A program made the position numbers and the translations under genes. Source: Patescibacteria group bacterium (GTDB lineage: Bacteria > Patescibacteriota > Microgenomatia > UBA8517). Taken from it: a stretch of DNA of 34,563 nucleotides. Positions within the stretch are counted from its first letter, which is position 1; each line of letters opens with the position of its first letter. The notes under the pieces were generated by a model that searched no databases, was not told the DNA's origin, and saw nothing but the letters and a program-made list of their open reading frames with translations. The stretch spans positions 1 through 34,563 of the forward strand of contig JAHKAL010000050.1 in NCBI GenBank assembly GCA_018826545.1. The letters are read 5' to 3'. This document shows, one piece after another, positions 7,586-16,108 of this stretch.

Positions 7586-8137
7586 TTGAAAAAGAAACTA
7601 TACTGGCAAATCAACGAGAGAATTAGATCACCGAAACTAAGAGTTATTGGTTCTGATGGTAAACAACTTGGCATTTTAAAAACAGAAGAAGCTTTGAAAA
7701 AAGCAAAAGAACTAGAGCTTACCTTAGTTGAAATTGCACCTACGGCCAAACCTCCCGTTGCAAAAATTGTAGACTTTGGAAAGTTCCGATATCAAGAAGA
7801 AAAAAAACTTAGAAAAGAAGCTTTAAAAATTAAAAGTTCAGAACTAAAAGAAATAAGATTCTCGCCTTTTATTGCAGAAAACGACTATAATACTAGACTT
7901 GAAAGAGTCAAAGAATTTTTAGCTAATAAAAACAAGGTTAAAGTTACTGTTGTTTTTAAAGGCCGACAAATGGGAAGTAAACAATTTGGGTATGATATTT
8001 TAAAGAAAATATATCAAAGTCTGGGAGATAGTATAGCCATAGATATGGAGCCAAAGTTTTTAGGCAGACATTTAGTTACAATAATATCACCAGTAAATAA
8101 ACCAATTATAAAAAAGGATGAAAAAGACAAAACATAA
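7586..8137 (+). CDS. infC: Translation initiation factor IF-3 (non-ATG start, TTG)
   Basis: INERI, LVEIAPTAKPPVAKIVDFGKFRY, KEIRF, KVKVTVVFKGRQ. An in-frame TAA at 7568 forces a non-ATG start. Confidence 0.95.
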   Translation: MKKKLYWQINERIRSPKLRVIGSDGKQLGILKTEEALKKAKELELTLVEIAPTAKPPVAKIVDFGKFRYQEEKKLRKEALKIKSSELKEIRFSPFIAENDYNTRLERVKEFLANKNKVKVTVVFKGRQMGSKQFGYDILKKIYQSLGDSIAIDMEPKFLGRHLVTIISPVNKPIIKKDEKDKT

Positions 8138-8363
8138 AGTTAGAAAATCGCTTTTAAATAGATTTAAGATTACCAAAAACGGTAAAATTCTTCGTAGACA
8201 AGCATCTCGAAGACATCTTAACGCTAAAAAAAGTAAGAAAAGACTAACAAATTTGAAAAAAAGTGTTGAAGTTAAAGGTTTTTATGCAAAAAAACTTAAA
8301 AAGGCTATGTGTATTAAAAATCCAAATGTATGGGTAGATAAAAAAGAGGAAATAAAAAAATGA
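8118..8363 (+). CDS. rpmI: 50S ribosomal protein L35
   Basis: RFKITKNGKILRRQA..RHL..KKS; lies between infC and rplT. Confidence 0.92.
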   Translation: MKKTKHKVRKSLLNRFKITKNGKILRRQASRRHLNAKKSKKRLTNLKKSVEVKGFYAKKLKKAMCIKNPNVWVDKKEEIKK

Positions 8364-8698
8364 CAAGAGTTAAATCAAAAGCACAAATAAATCACAGAAA
8401 AACAAAAAAACTAACAAAAGGTTTTAAACAAGCAAGAAGGACCAGAATCAAAGCAGGAAAAGAAGCTGTAATGCACGCAGGCCAATACGCTTATGTTGGA
8501 AGAAAATTAAGAAAAAGAGACATGAGAGCTTTGTGGATAATAAGAATCTCAGCCGCAGCAAAAGAAAATGGAATCAGCTACAGTAAATTTATAAAAGGAT
8601 TAAAAGACAAAAAAATTGAAATTGATAGAAAAATGTTAAGTAATATTGCTATAAAAGATCCAAACACTTTCCAAAAGATAATTTCAGAGATAAAATAA
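8360..8698 (+). CDS. rplT: 50S ribosomal protein L20
   Basis: MTRVK, AYVGRKLRKRDMRALWIIRISAA, SYSKFI, IDRKMLS. Confidence 0.97.
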   Translation: MTRVKSKAQINHRKTKKLTKGFKQARRTRIKAGKEAVMHAGQYAYVGRKLRKRDMRALWIIRISAAAKENGISYSKFIKGLKDKKIEIDRKMLSNIAIKDPNTFQKIISEIK

Positions 8699-8702
8699 AT
8701 AT

Positions 8703-8744
8703 ATGAGAATTATGTCCTTCACCAGCTTTTTTTTTAAAACCTGA
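8703..8744 (+). CDS. Phe-rich leader peptide MRIMSFTSFFFKT (PheM-like)
   Basis: 13-aa ORF with 4 Phe (3 in tandem) between rplT and pheS, followed by alternative helices. Confidence 0.85.
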   Translation: MRIMSFTSFFFKT

Positions 8745-8798
8745 AGCAGGTGGAGAAGTGAAGATTTTATAAGCTCTCCACCAAAGGAGAGCTTTTTT
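8717..8798 (+). promoter_or_regulatory. pheST transcription attenuator
   Basis: 1:2 helix 8717-8728/8744-8755; antiterminator GGTGGAGA(8749-8756)/TCTCCACC(8775-8782); terminator AAGCTCTCC/GGAGAGCTT plus T tract (8771-8798). Confidence 0.85.
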
Positions 8799-8818
8799 AG
8801 TATCTAAGGAGAAATCTT

Positions 8819-9844
8819 ATGAGAGAAGAAATAATCAGTCTTAAAAATGAAGCAATAGCTCAAATAATGGAAACTAGCTCAATTAGTGAGTTGGAAAATT
8901 TAAGAATTATTTATTCGGGAAGAAATGGAAAACTAACAAGTTTAATTAAAAAACTAAAAGAATTTCCAAAAGATAAAAGAAAACAAGTTGGAATTTTGAT
9001 AAATGAGACTAAAAATTCTTTAAACCAAATAATTTCCTCACAGAAAAATAAACTCTCTTCCTCTTCTAGAAAATGGTTTGATCCAACAATACCCGGAATT
9101 AAACCAAAGTTAGGGAACCTACATTTGGTAACTAAAGCTATAAGAGAAATATCTTTAATCTTTGAAAAAATTGGGTTCGTTCGAGTAAGATATCCAGAAG
9201 TTGAATGGGGTTATTTTGCATTTGAAGCTTTAAATATGCCAAAAACTCACCCTGCCAGAGACGAATGGGAAACTTTTTTTGTTGATTCCAAATTGAATTC
9301 AAAATTCGGTCAAACCGTACTAACACCTCATACTTCCTCAGGACAGGTAAGAGAAATGTTGAGAGTCAAAACCCCTCCCATAAGAATGATCAATATTGCT
9401 AAATGCTACAGAAGACAATCTGATGTTTCACACACACAAATGTTTCATCAGTTTGAAGGACTAGTTATTGATAAAGATATATCGATCATAAATCTTAAAG
9501 GAACTTTAGATTATTTTGCCAAAAACTTTTTTGGAAATAAAAGAAAAACAAGATTAAGACCATATGATTTTAGATTCACTGAACCATCTTTCGAGGTTGA
9601 TATTAGCTGTGACATCTGCAATGGCAAAGGCTGTAAGCTTTGTAAAGAAGGTTGGTTAGAGCTTGGGGGAGCAGGAATGGTTCATCCTAATGTCTTAAAA
9701 GCTGGGAAAATTGACCCTAAAAAATATTCTGGTTTTGCTTTCGGTTGGGGTGTTGAAAGAACTTACATGATGAAATCTGGAATAAAAATTCCTGATATTA
9801 GATTTTTATATAGTAGTGACCTAAACATATTAAAACAATATTAA
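8819..9844 (+). CDS. pheS: Phenylalanine--tRNA ligase alpha subunit
   Basis: FEALNMPKTHPARD, HTSSGQ, CYRR, FHQFEGL, FRFTEPSFE, CxxC-CxxC insert, GFAFGWGVER. Confidence 0.97.
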   Translation: MREEIISLKNEAIAQIMETSSISELENLRIIYSGRNGKLTSLIKKLKEFPKDKRKQVGILINETKNSLNQIISSQKNKLSSSSRKWFDPTIPGIKPKLGNLHLVTKAIREISLIFEKIGFVRVRYPEVEWGYFAFEALNMPKTHPARDEWETFFVDSKLNSKFGQTVLTPHTSSGQVREMLRVKTPPIRMINIAKCYRRQSDVSHTQMFHQFEGLVIDKDISIINLKGTLDYFAKNFFGNKRKTRLRPYDFRFTEPSFEVDISCDICNGKGCKLCKEGWLELGGAGMVHPNVLKAGKIDPKKYSGFAFGWGVERTYMMKSGIKIPDIRFLYSSDLNILKQY

Positions 9845-9848
9845 ATTT

Positions 9849-11801
9849 ATGGATATATTAATACCAAATAGTTGGCTTAAAGAATTTTTAGAAACTAATG
9901 CAACTCCTAAAAATATTGCAAGGTTTCTTTCTTTGTCAGGACCATCTGTTGAAAAAATTTCAAAAGATGGAGATGATTCTATTTACCACACAGAGATTAC
10001 CACCAATAGAGTGGATGCAGTATCTGTCTATGGCTTTGCTAGGGAAGCTTCAGCCATCTTACCTAGGTTTGGAAAGAAAGCAAAATTACTGCCTTTAAAA
10101 TTTAAATCAAAATATAATTTTTTTGACAAAGTAGACTATCTTGACGTAGAAGTTGATAGCAAACTTTGTACCAGATTTACTGCAGTTTTAATAAATGACG
10201 TAAAAATAAAAGATTCACCTCAATTTATTAAAGAAAAACTTATAAAGATTGAATTAAGACCAATTAACAACATTATTGATATTTCAAATTACATAATGCA
10301 TGAGTTAGGACAACCTCTTCATACTTTTGATTATGACAAAATTAAAGGCTCTAAAATGATTCTAAGAGAAAGCAAAAAAGGAGAAAAGATAACTACACTT
10401 GATAATAAAACCTTTACCCTTCCTGGAGGAGATATTGTAATTGAAGACGGTGAGAAAAGACTTATCGACCTTTGTGGAATCATGGGTGGAAAAAATTCAA
10501 TGGTTGATAAAAATACTAAAAATGTACTACTTTTTGTTCAAACATATAATCCTGTAAAGATAAGAAAAACTTCAATGACCTTAGCACAAAAAAGTGAAGC
10601 ATCTATTCTTTTTGAAAAAGATTTAGATGAAGAATTAGTTTCAACCGCAATGAAAAGATCAATAGATTTATTTGAAAAAATAACAGAAGGAAAATCTGAA
10701 AATTTGATTTTAGATATATATCCTAATCCATACAAGATAAAATCAGTAAAAACTAATCTTTCCTTTATTAATAAATCTCTAGGAGAAAATCTTAACAAGG
10801 AAGATATTTCAAATTCTTTAACACCGCTTGGTTTTAAATCAAAATGGCAAAAAGATAATTTAACTTTAGAAGTTCCAAGTTTTAGAGCTAAAGATATTGA
10901 TATCCCTGAAGATATTGTTGAAGAAGTAGCTAGAATTTATGGATACTATAATCTTCAATCAAAACTAATGAAAGGAAGATTACCTGAAAAACTTTTTAAT
11001 TCGCCGTTTGATTTTGAAAATAAATTAAAAGATGTTCTTTCCGGATTCGGAGGAGTTGAAATTTATACATATTCTTTAGTCCCAGAAACTTTTATAGAAA
11101 ACAGTGCCCTAAAACTCAAAAACCCTTTGGGGAAAGATACAGAGTACTTAAGAAATACAATGCTTTCTTCAATAAAAGATGCAGCTATTAAAAATTCTGG
11201 TTATGAAGAGCCTTTTCATATTTTTGAAATTGCTAATATCTACATTCCACAAAAGCAAAATCTACCAAATGAAAAAATGATGCTTGCTGGAATATTTTCA
11301 AAATATGACTTTTCTAAAGCAAAAGGAACCATCGAAGCACTTCTGGAAAAGATAAAAAAAGATTATTCTTTCGAAATTGAAGAAAAAAAAGAATTTTTAC
11401 CAAATCATAGATTAAAAATTATGAATGGGAAAAACGAAATTGGAGAATTCGGAACTTTAGAAAAAAATGATCTTATTTATTATGAATTTGATATTAGACT
11501 ATTGCAAAAATTGGGCAATAAACTTAAAGGCTTTAAAAACCCACCAAAATATCCCGCTCAGATTGAAGATCTTACATTTTCATTTCCTGAAAGAACAAAA
11601 ATTGGAAAAGTAATTGACAGTATTAAAAATTTAGATAAACAAATAGCAAAAATTGAACTTATTGATACTTTTAAAAATTCTTTTACTTTTAGAATTTGGT
11701 ATCAAAATCCAAATAAAACATTAACTAACAAAGATGTTGAAAGTATAAGAAAAAAAGTTATCAGTAATTTATCTTCTAAATTTGGAGCAAATATAAAATA
11801 A
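9849..11801 (+). CDS. pheT: Phenylalanine--tRNA ligase beta subunit (short form, no B2 OB-fold domain)
   Basis: EITTNRVDA, INNIIDISNYIMHELGQPLHTFD, GIMGG, VPSFR..DI..EDIVEEVARIYGY, C-terminal ferredoxin-like anticodon-binding domain. Confidence 0.95.
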   Translation: MDILIPNSWLKEFLETNATPKNIARFLSLSGPSVEKISKDGDDSIYHTEITTNRVDAVSVYGFAREASAILPRFGKKAKLLPLKFKSKYNFFDKVDYLDVEVDSKLCTRFTAVLINDVKIKDSPQFIKEKLIKIELRPINNIIDISNYIMHELGQPLHTFDYDKIKGSKMILRESKKGEKITTLDNKTFTLPGGDIVIEDGEKRLIDLCGIMGGKNSMVDKNTKNVLLFVQTYNPVKIRKTSMTLAQKSEASILFEKDLDEELVSTAMKRSIDLFEKITEGKSENLILDIYPNPYKIKSVKTNLSFINKSLGENLNKEDISNSLTPLGFKSKWQKDNLTLEVPSFRAKDIDIPEDIVEEVARIYGYYNLQSKLMKGRLPEKLFNSPFDFENKLKDVLSGFGGVEIYTYSLVPETFIENSALKLKNPLGKDTEYLRNTMLSSIKDAAIKNSGYEEPFHIFEIANIYIPQKQNLPNEKMMLAGIFSKYDFSKAKGTIEALLEKIKKDYSFEIEEKKEFLPNHRLKIMNGKNEIGEFGTLEKNDLIYYEFDIRLLQKLGNKLKGFKNPPKYPAQIEDLTFSFPERTKIGKVIDSIKNLDKQIAKIELIDTFKNSFTFRIWYQNPNKTLTNKDVESIRKKVISNLSSKFGANIK

Positions 11802-12128
11802 TTATCTTCGTTTAATTATCTCTAACTTCTTGCCAAGTTTATTTGTTACAGAACATAATATTTCATTTAGACTACTATCGTCAATACATTTTTTATATTT
11901 TTGTTTGAAATCTTCAATGTCAAAATACAAACTAGATTCATTACCAGCTTCTATATTCTGGTTATTTTTTACTCGCAGAAAGAACCAGTCTTTAATGGGA
12001 TCTATAAATTTTTTAATATCATTAACTGGAAATTCTTCCCTTAATTCATCTTCCATCTTTTCCCAAGATGTTGTTTGAGCAGTAACTTTTTCATCAGTAC
12101 CTAAATTGCCAATTTTTTCCTTCGGCAT
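11802..12128 (-). CDS. Hypothetical protein (about 108 aa)
   Basis: ORF fills the gap between pheT and the PBP gene. A TATAAT (12147-12142) lies upstream of ATG 12128. No recognisable motif. Confidence 0.55.
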   Translation of the reverse strand: MPKEKIGNLGTDEKVTAQTTSWEKMEDELREEFPVNDIKKFIDPIKDWFFLRVKNNQNIEAGNESSLYFDIEDFKQKYKKCIDDSSLNEILCSVTNKLGKKLEIIKRR

Positions 12129-12172
12129 ACCAATCAAAGAGATTATAGAACATTAATTATTAAAAATACAAG

Positions 12173-14752
12173 TCACAGTGTTGAGGTAGGAGATGGAGAA
12201 GGGGATTGATCCCAAGAAGTATTTACACCAATTGTAATCTGTCTATCAGATTCATTACCATCCTGGTCTTTTGCTTTTGCCCTAATTGTATGAACTCCAT
12301 CACTTAAATCATTTACCTTATAGGTAAATGGAGGACCGTCAAAAGCTCTTTCTTTAACTCCATCAATTTCTAATTCAATTTGTACAATTTTACTTGTCGA
12401 ATCAGCTCTCAGCTTAATTGTGAAATCATTAGGTAAATCCGAAGTTCTGTCAGTAGGGTAATCAAATTCAACATTTATAGGATTTACCTGTCCACAATAT
12501 TCAGTTGGAGGGTGATACCTTCCATCAGACTGAGTTGAGAGCCAATCAAGCACACCTTTTTGCCATCTATTCTCTCCTCCAGAACCTGCAGTTGGATCTT
12601 CTTCTTTAATTGTAAAATATTCATTTTCATCATAATTTCCTGATGAAATATCAGCAGGAGTTGCCAGTCTTCCATCATTTTTACATACTTTAAGTCTTAC
12701 ATGAATAGAGTCCTCTCCAGGTTCGGTCCCTTTAATAAAGTATTCCGTTCTTGAAGGGTAGCCATCATGACTTCTAAACCCTGACATCGAATCAACTGAT
12801 GCTGTTACAATCCCTGATGGAATTTCAAAAGGAGTATCTGCCTTACCTGACAAAGCTTCTAAAACTGATCTTCTCCAAATAGGAGATGCACCTGAAACTC
12901 CTGATACCACAGCTAACATTGAGGAATTATCATTATTACCTACCCAAACTCCAATCATTATTTGAGAATTTCCACCAACTGTCCAATTGTCTTTTTTATC
13001 ATTTGTTGTACCGGTTTTTACAATCAAAGTTCTACCTGAAATATTTAATAAAGAATTAGTTCCAAAAATTTCTGTTCTCGCACCATTATCTGACAAAATA
13101 TCGGCAATTAGAAATGCCTGTTCTTCTGACAAAACTCTTTTTCCTTTTTTAGGATCAACTTCTTCTAATACTTTTCCTTTAGAATCTTCAACTTTTAATA
13201 TTGAAACTGGTTCAACCTTAAAGCCTTTGTTAGTAAAAGCTGAATAAGCAGATGTTAATTCTAAAAGTCTGACCTCACCGCCACCTAAAGTTAGAGAAAG
13301 TCCAACTCTACTTAAAATTTCCTTAGTCGGCTCTAGTGTCGTAATACCCAAATCATATGCGGTCTGCAAAGTATCTTTAATTCCCACTAAAGCTAATGTC
13401 TTAACAGCAATAAGGTTAATAGAATTACCCAGTGCATATCGTAGTTGCATTGGTCCTCTATATTTTCCATCATAATTGACTGGACTATAATCGGGCTGAC
13501 CCTCTCCACCGGGAAAAGTTGTAGGCACATCCATAATCATAGTTGCAGAAGTATATCCTTCCTTAAAAGCAGTCACATAAGTAATTGGTTTTATTGCACT
13601 TCCGGGCTGTCTTAATGACATTGTTACGTTCACTTGTCCATCATAATTAGGATCATTAAAATCTTTTGATCCAACCATTGCTAAAATTTCTCCTGTCTCT
13701 GGGTTTACAGCAACAGAAGCACCATTTGTAATTTTTTGTCCCTCAACTTTTGCAATTTCTTCTTTGACAATATCTTGCATTTCTTCTTGAAGTGTCCAAT
13801 CAAGAGTTGTTGTCACTTTAAGCCCACCCGATTCAACAACATTTTCTCCATATCTATCTTCCAATATTTTTTGCACATATTGAACAAAATGAGGAGCTTT
13901 AAAAAATGCACCTTTTGCTTGAAATTCAATGTTAGGAAGCTCTGCTATAGCTGCTTTTTCTTGATCCTTAGTAATATAGTCATCCTCTCTCATTCTTCTT
14001 AATACTTGCGTTGCTCTCTCAACGTAAGCTTCTGGGTTTGAAGAAAAAGGAGAATAGTAAGAAGGCCTTTGGGGAATACCAGCAATAACTGCAGATTCAA
14101 CTAAATTTAAATCCACTGCCTTTTTACCAAAATAGACTTCACTTGCAGCTTCAACTCCATAAGCAGTACCCCCATAAGGAATTTCATTTAGATACATCAA
14201 AAGAATTTCATCTTTTGAATACTTTTTCTCAATCTGAACAGCTAAAATAAATTCTTTAATTTTTCTAAAAATAGATCTCTCTGAAGTTAAAAGCGCATTT
14301 TTAACAAGCTGTTGAGTTAAAGTAGAACCACCCTGAACTCTCCCTCTTGTAATTATTTTAGAAAGACCTCTTAGCATTCCCAAAGGATCAAACCCTTGGT
14401 GTTTATAAAAGTTTTTATCTTCAACTGATATTGTTGCTTGTTTCAAAAAAAGAGGTACTTCATCAAAGCTAATAGGGGTTCTTCTTTGTTGAGAAAATAT
14501 GTCATATAAGACTTGGCCATTTCTATCTAAAATCTTTGTTGAAAATCCTTCAGATCTAACTATCTTATCAGGAGAGGGAAGAGTAAAGGCAAAAAGAGGG
14601 ATAATAACAAATGAAGCCAAAAGCATACCAACTACTCCCAAAAAGGCAATCTTTGCCAATTTAACCAACTGTCTTGATTTTTGAACATTGGATAATCTTC
14701 TACTAAAAACTCTTCTTGTTAAATATCTTCTTTTAATTCTATCTTTCCACAT
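12173..14752 (-). CDS. Class A penicillin-binding protein (PBP1A-like) with C-terminal Ig-like domain
   Basis: N-terminal TM helix; transglycosylase EDKNF, GGSTLTQQL, RKIKE, YLNEI; transpeptidase SAIK, SIN, KTG; beta-rich tail GVHTIRAKAKDQDGN. Confidence 0.93.
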   Translation of the reverse strand: MWKDRIKRRYLTRRVFSRRLSNVQKSRQLVKLAKIAFLGVVGMLLASFVIIPLFAFTLPSPDKIVRSEGFSTKILDRNGQVLYDIFSQQRRTPISFDEVPLFLKQATISVEDKNFYKHQGFDPLGMLRGLSKIITRGRVQGGSTLTQQLVKNALLTSERSIFRKIKEFILAVQIEKKYSKDEILLMYLNEIPYGGTAYGVEAASEVYFGKKAVDLNLVESAVIAGIPQRPSYYSPFSSNPEAYVERATQVLRRMREDDYITKDQEKAAIAELPNIEFQAKGAFFKAPHFVQYVQKILEDRYGENVVESGGLKVTTTLDWTLQEEMQDIVKEEIAKVEGQKITNGASVAVNPETGEILAMVGSKDFNDPNYDGQVNVTMSLRQPGSAIKPITYVTAFKEGYTSATMIMDVPTTFPGGEGQPDYSPVNYDGKYRGPMQLRYALGNSINLIAVKTLALVGIKDTLQTAYDLGITTLEPTKEILSRVGLSLTLGGGEVRLLELTSAYSAFTNKGFKVEPVSILKVEDSKGKVLEEVDPKKGKRVLSEEQAFLIADILSDNGARTEIFGTNSLLNISGRTLIVKTGTTNDKKDNWTVGGNSQIMIGVWVGNNDNSSMLAVVSGVSGASPIWRRSVLEALSGKADTPFEIPSGIVTASVDSMSGFRSHDGYPSRTEYFIKGTEPGEDSIHVRLKVCKNDGRLATPADISSGNYDENEYFTIKEEDPTAGSGGENRWQKGVLDWLSTQSDGRYHPPTEYCGQVNPINVEFDYPTDRTSDLPNDFTIKLRADSTSKIVQIELEIDGVKERAFDGPPFTYKVNDLSDGVHTIRAKAKDQDGNESDRQITIGVNTSWDQSPSPSPTSTL

Positions 14753-14791
14753 AAACACTTACTTGTTATTGTATCAAATTGAATCTAAAAT

Positions 14792-15982
14792 ATGAAAGAA
14801 ATGAATAAGGGTATTAAAAATCTAATCACTAAATCCATCGATGAAATAATCGTTAAAGATTCACTGATAAATAAACTAAATTCAGGAAAGAAACTTGTAG
14901 TAAAATTAGGGATCGATCCAACAGGATCAAAACTTCACTTGGGACATGTGGTTGTCTTAAAAAAATTAAAAGAATTCCAAGACTTGGGACACCAGATTAT
15001 TCTGATTATTGGAGATTTTACAGCCAGAATTGGAGATCCTAGTGGTAAAAATAAAGAAAGAAAAACTTTAAGTTCTAAAGAAATCGAAAATAATATGAAA
15101 ACTTATAAACAGCAAATAGAAAAAATTCTCGATTTAAACAAAACTAAATTTGTTTATAACAGCCAATGGCTAGCAAAAATGGATCTTAAAAATATTTTCG
15201 AATTAGCCTCAAAGACAACGTTTGCACAAATATTCGAAAGAAATGATTTTAGACAAAGAATTGAAGAAGGAAATGATATTTCTTATTTAGAAACTCTATA
15301 TCCTTTAATGCAAGGTTATGATTCTGTTCAATTAAAAGCAGATGTCGAACTTGGTGGAACAGACCAAAAATTCAATCTTCTAATGGGTCGACAGATACAA
15401 AAAAGATATAAACAAAAAGAACAAGATGTGGTTATTGTAAAACTTCTACCTGGATTAGACGGTGCCAAAATGAGTAAGTCTGCAAATAATTTTATTTCAA
15501 TTGATGAAAAACCTTTTGATATGTATTCAAAGGTCATGTCAATTTCTGATAATTTAATACCTGAATACTATGAACTCTGTACGAATATTTCTTCAAAAGA
15601 CCTAGAAAAAATAGTTAGCAAATTAGAAAACGAAAAAGAAAAAGTTTACGAAATTAAAAGACAATTGGCTAAAGAAATTGTTGAAATTTATCATGGTACA
15701 AATGAGGCCGAACTTGCTAGCAACAATTTCGTTAAAGTCTACAAATATGGGCAATATAAAGAAGCAGAAATTCATATTGTTATCAAAAGTGGTAACTATA
15801 AATTAAGAGAGATCCCAATTTTGTCAAATGCAACAACAAGTACAGTTCAAGCCAAAAAACTTGTAATGCAAGGAGCTGTAGAAATAAACAATAAAAAAAT
15901 ATTAGATCCAAACCAAAAAATTTCTCTTAAAGCAAAAGACATTATAAGAATAGGAAAAAAAAGATTTGTAAAAGTAAAGTAA
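14792..15982 (+). CDS. tyrS: Tyrosine--tRNA ligase (true start may be ATG 14801)
   Basis: KLGIDPTG..LHLGH, GDFTARIGDPSG, YPLMQGYD, GGTDQKFN, KMSKS, C-terminal S4 domain. Confidence 0.97.
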   Translation: MKEMNKGIKNLITKSIDEIIVKDSLINKLNSGKKLVVKLGIDPTGSKLHLGHVVVLKKLKEFQDLGHQIILIIGDFTARIGDPSGKNKERKTLSSKEIENNMKTYKQQIEKILDLNKTKFVYNSQWLAKMDLKNIFELASKTTFAQIFERNDFRQRIEEGNDISYLETLYPLMQGYDSVQLKADVELGGTDQKFNLLMGRQIQKRYKQKEQDVVIVKLLPGLDGAKMSKSANNFISIDEKPFDMYSKVMSISDNLIPEYYELCTNISSKDLEKIVSKLENEKEKVYEIKRQLAKEIVEIYHGTNEAELASNNFVKVYKYGQYKEAEIHIVIKSGNYKLREIPILSNATTSTVQAKKLVMQGAVEINNKKILDPNQKISLKAKDIIRIGKKRFVKVK

Positions 15983-15989
15983 AATAAAA

Positions 15990-16097
15990 ATGATGCTAAC
16001 TAAAAAACAAAGAAAGATAGTGACAATAATAATGGCAATCGCGTCATTTGCTTTAATTGTTTCATCTTTCCTTCCATTTATACTTGCCCTTAGATAA
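15990..16097 (+). CDS. 35-aa single-pass membrane microprotein MMLTKKQRKIVTIIMAIASFALIVSSFLPFILALR
   Basis: Not in the ORF track. Fills the tyrS-recG gap with 7 and 11 nt spacing; basic N-terminus followed by one hydrophobic helix. Confidence 0.75.
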   Translation: MMLTKKQRKIVTIIMAIASFALIVSSFLPFILALR

Positions 16098-16108
16098 TCT
16101 AAATAATT

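Noticed and set aside
7586..7588. Non-ATG start of infC
   Set aside because: Expected: infC autoregulation through non-canonical start codons is well known.
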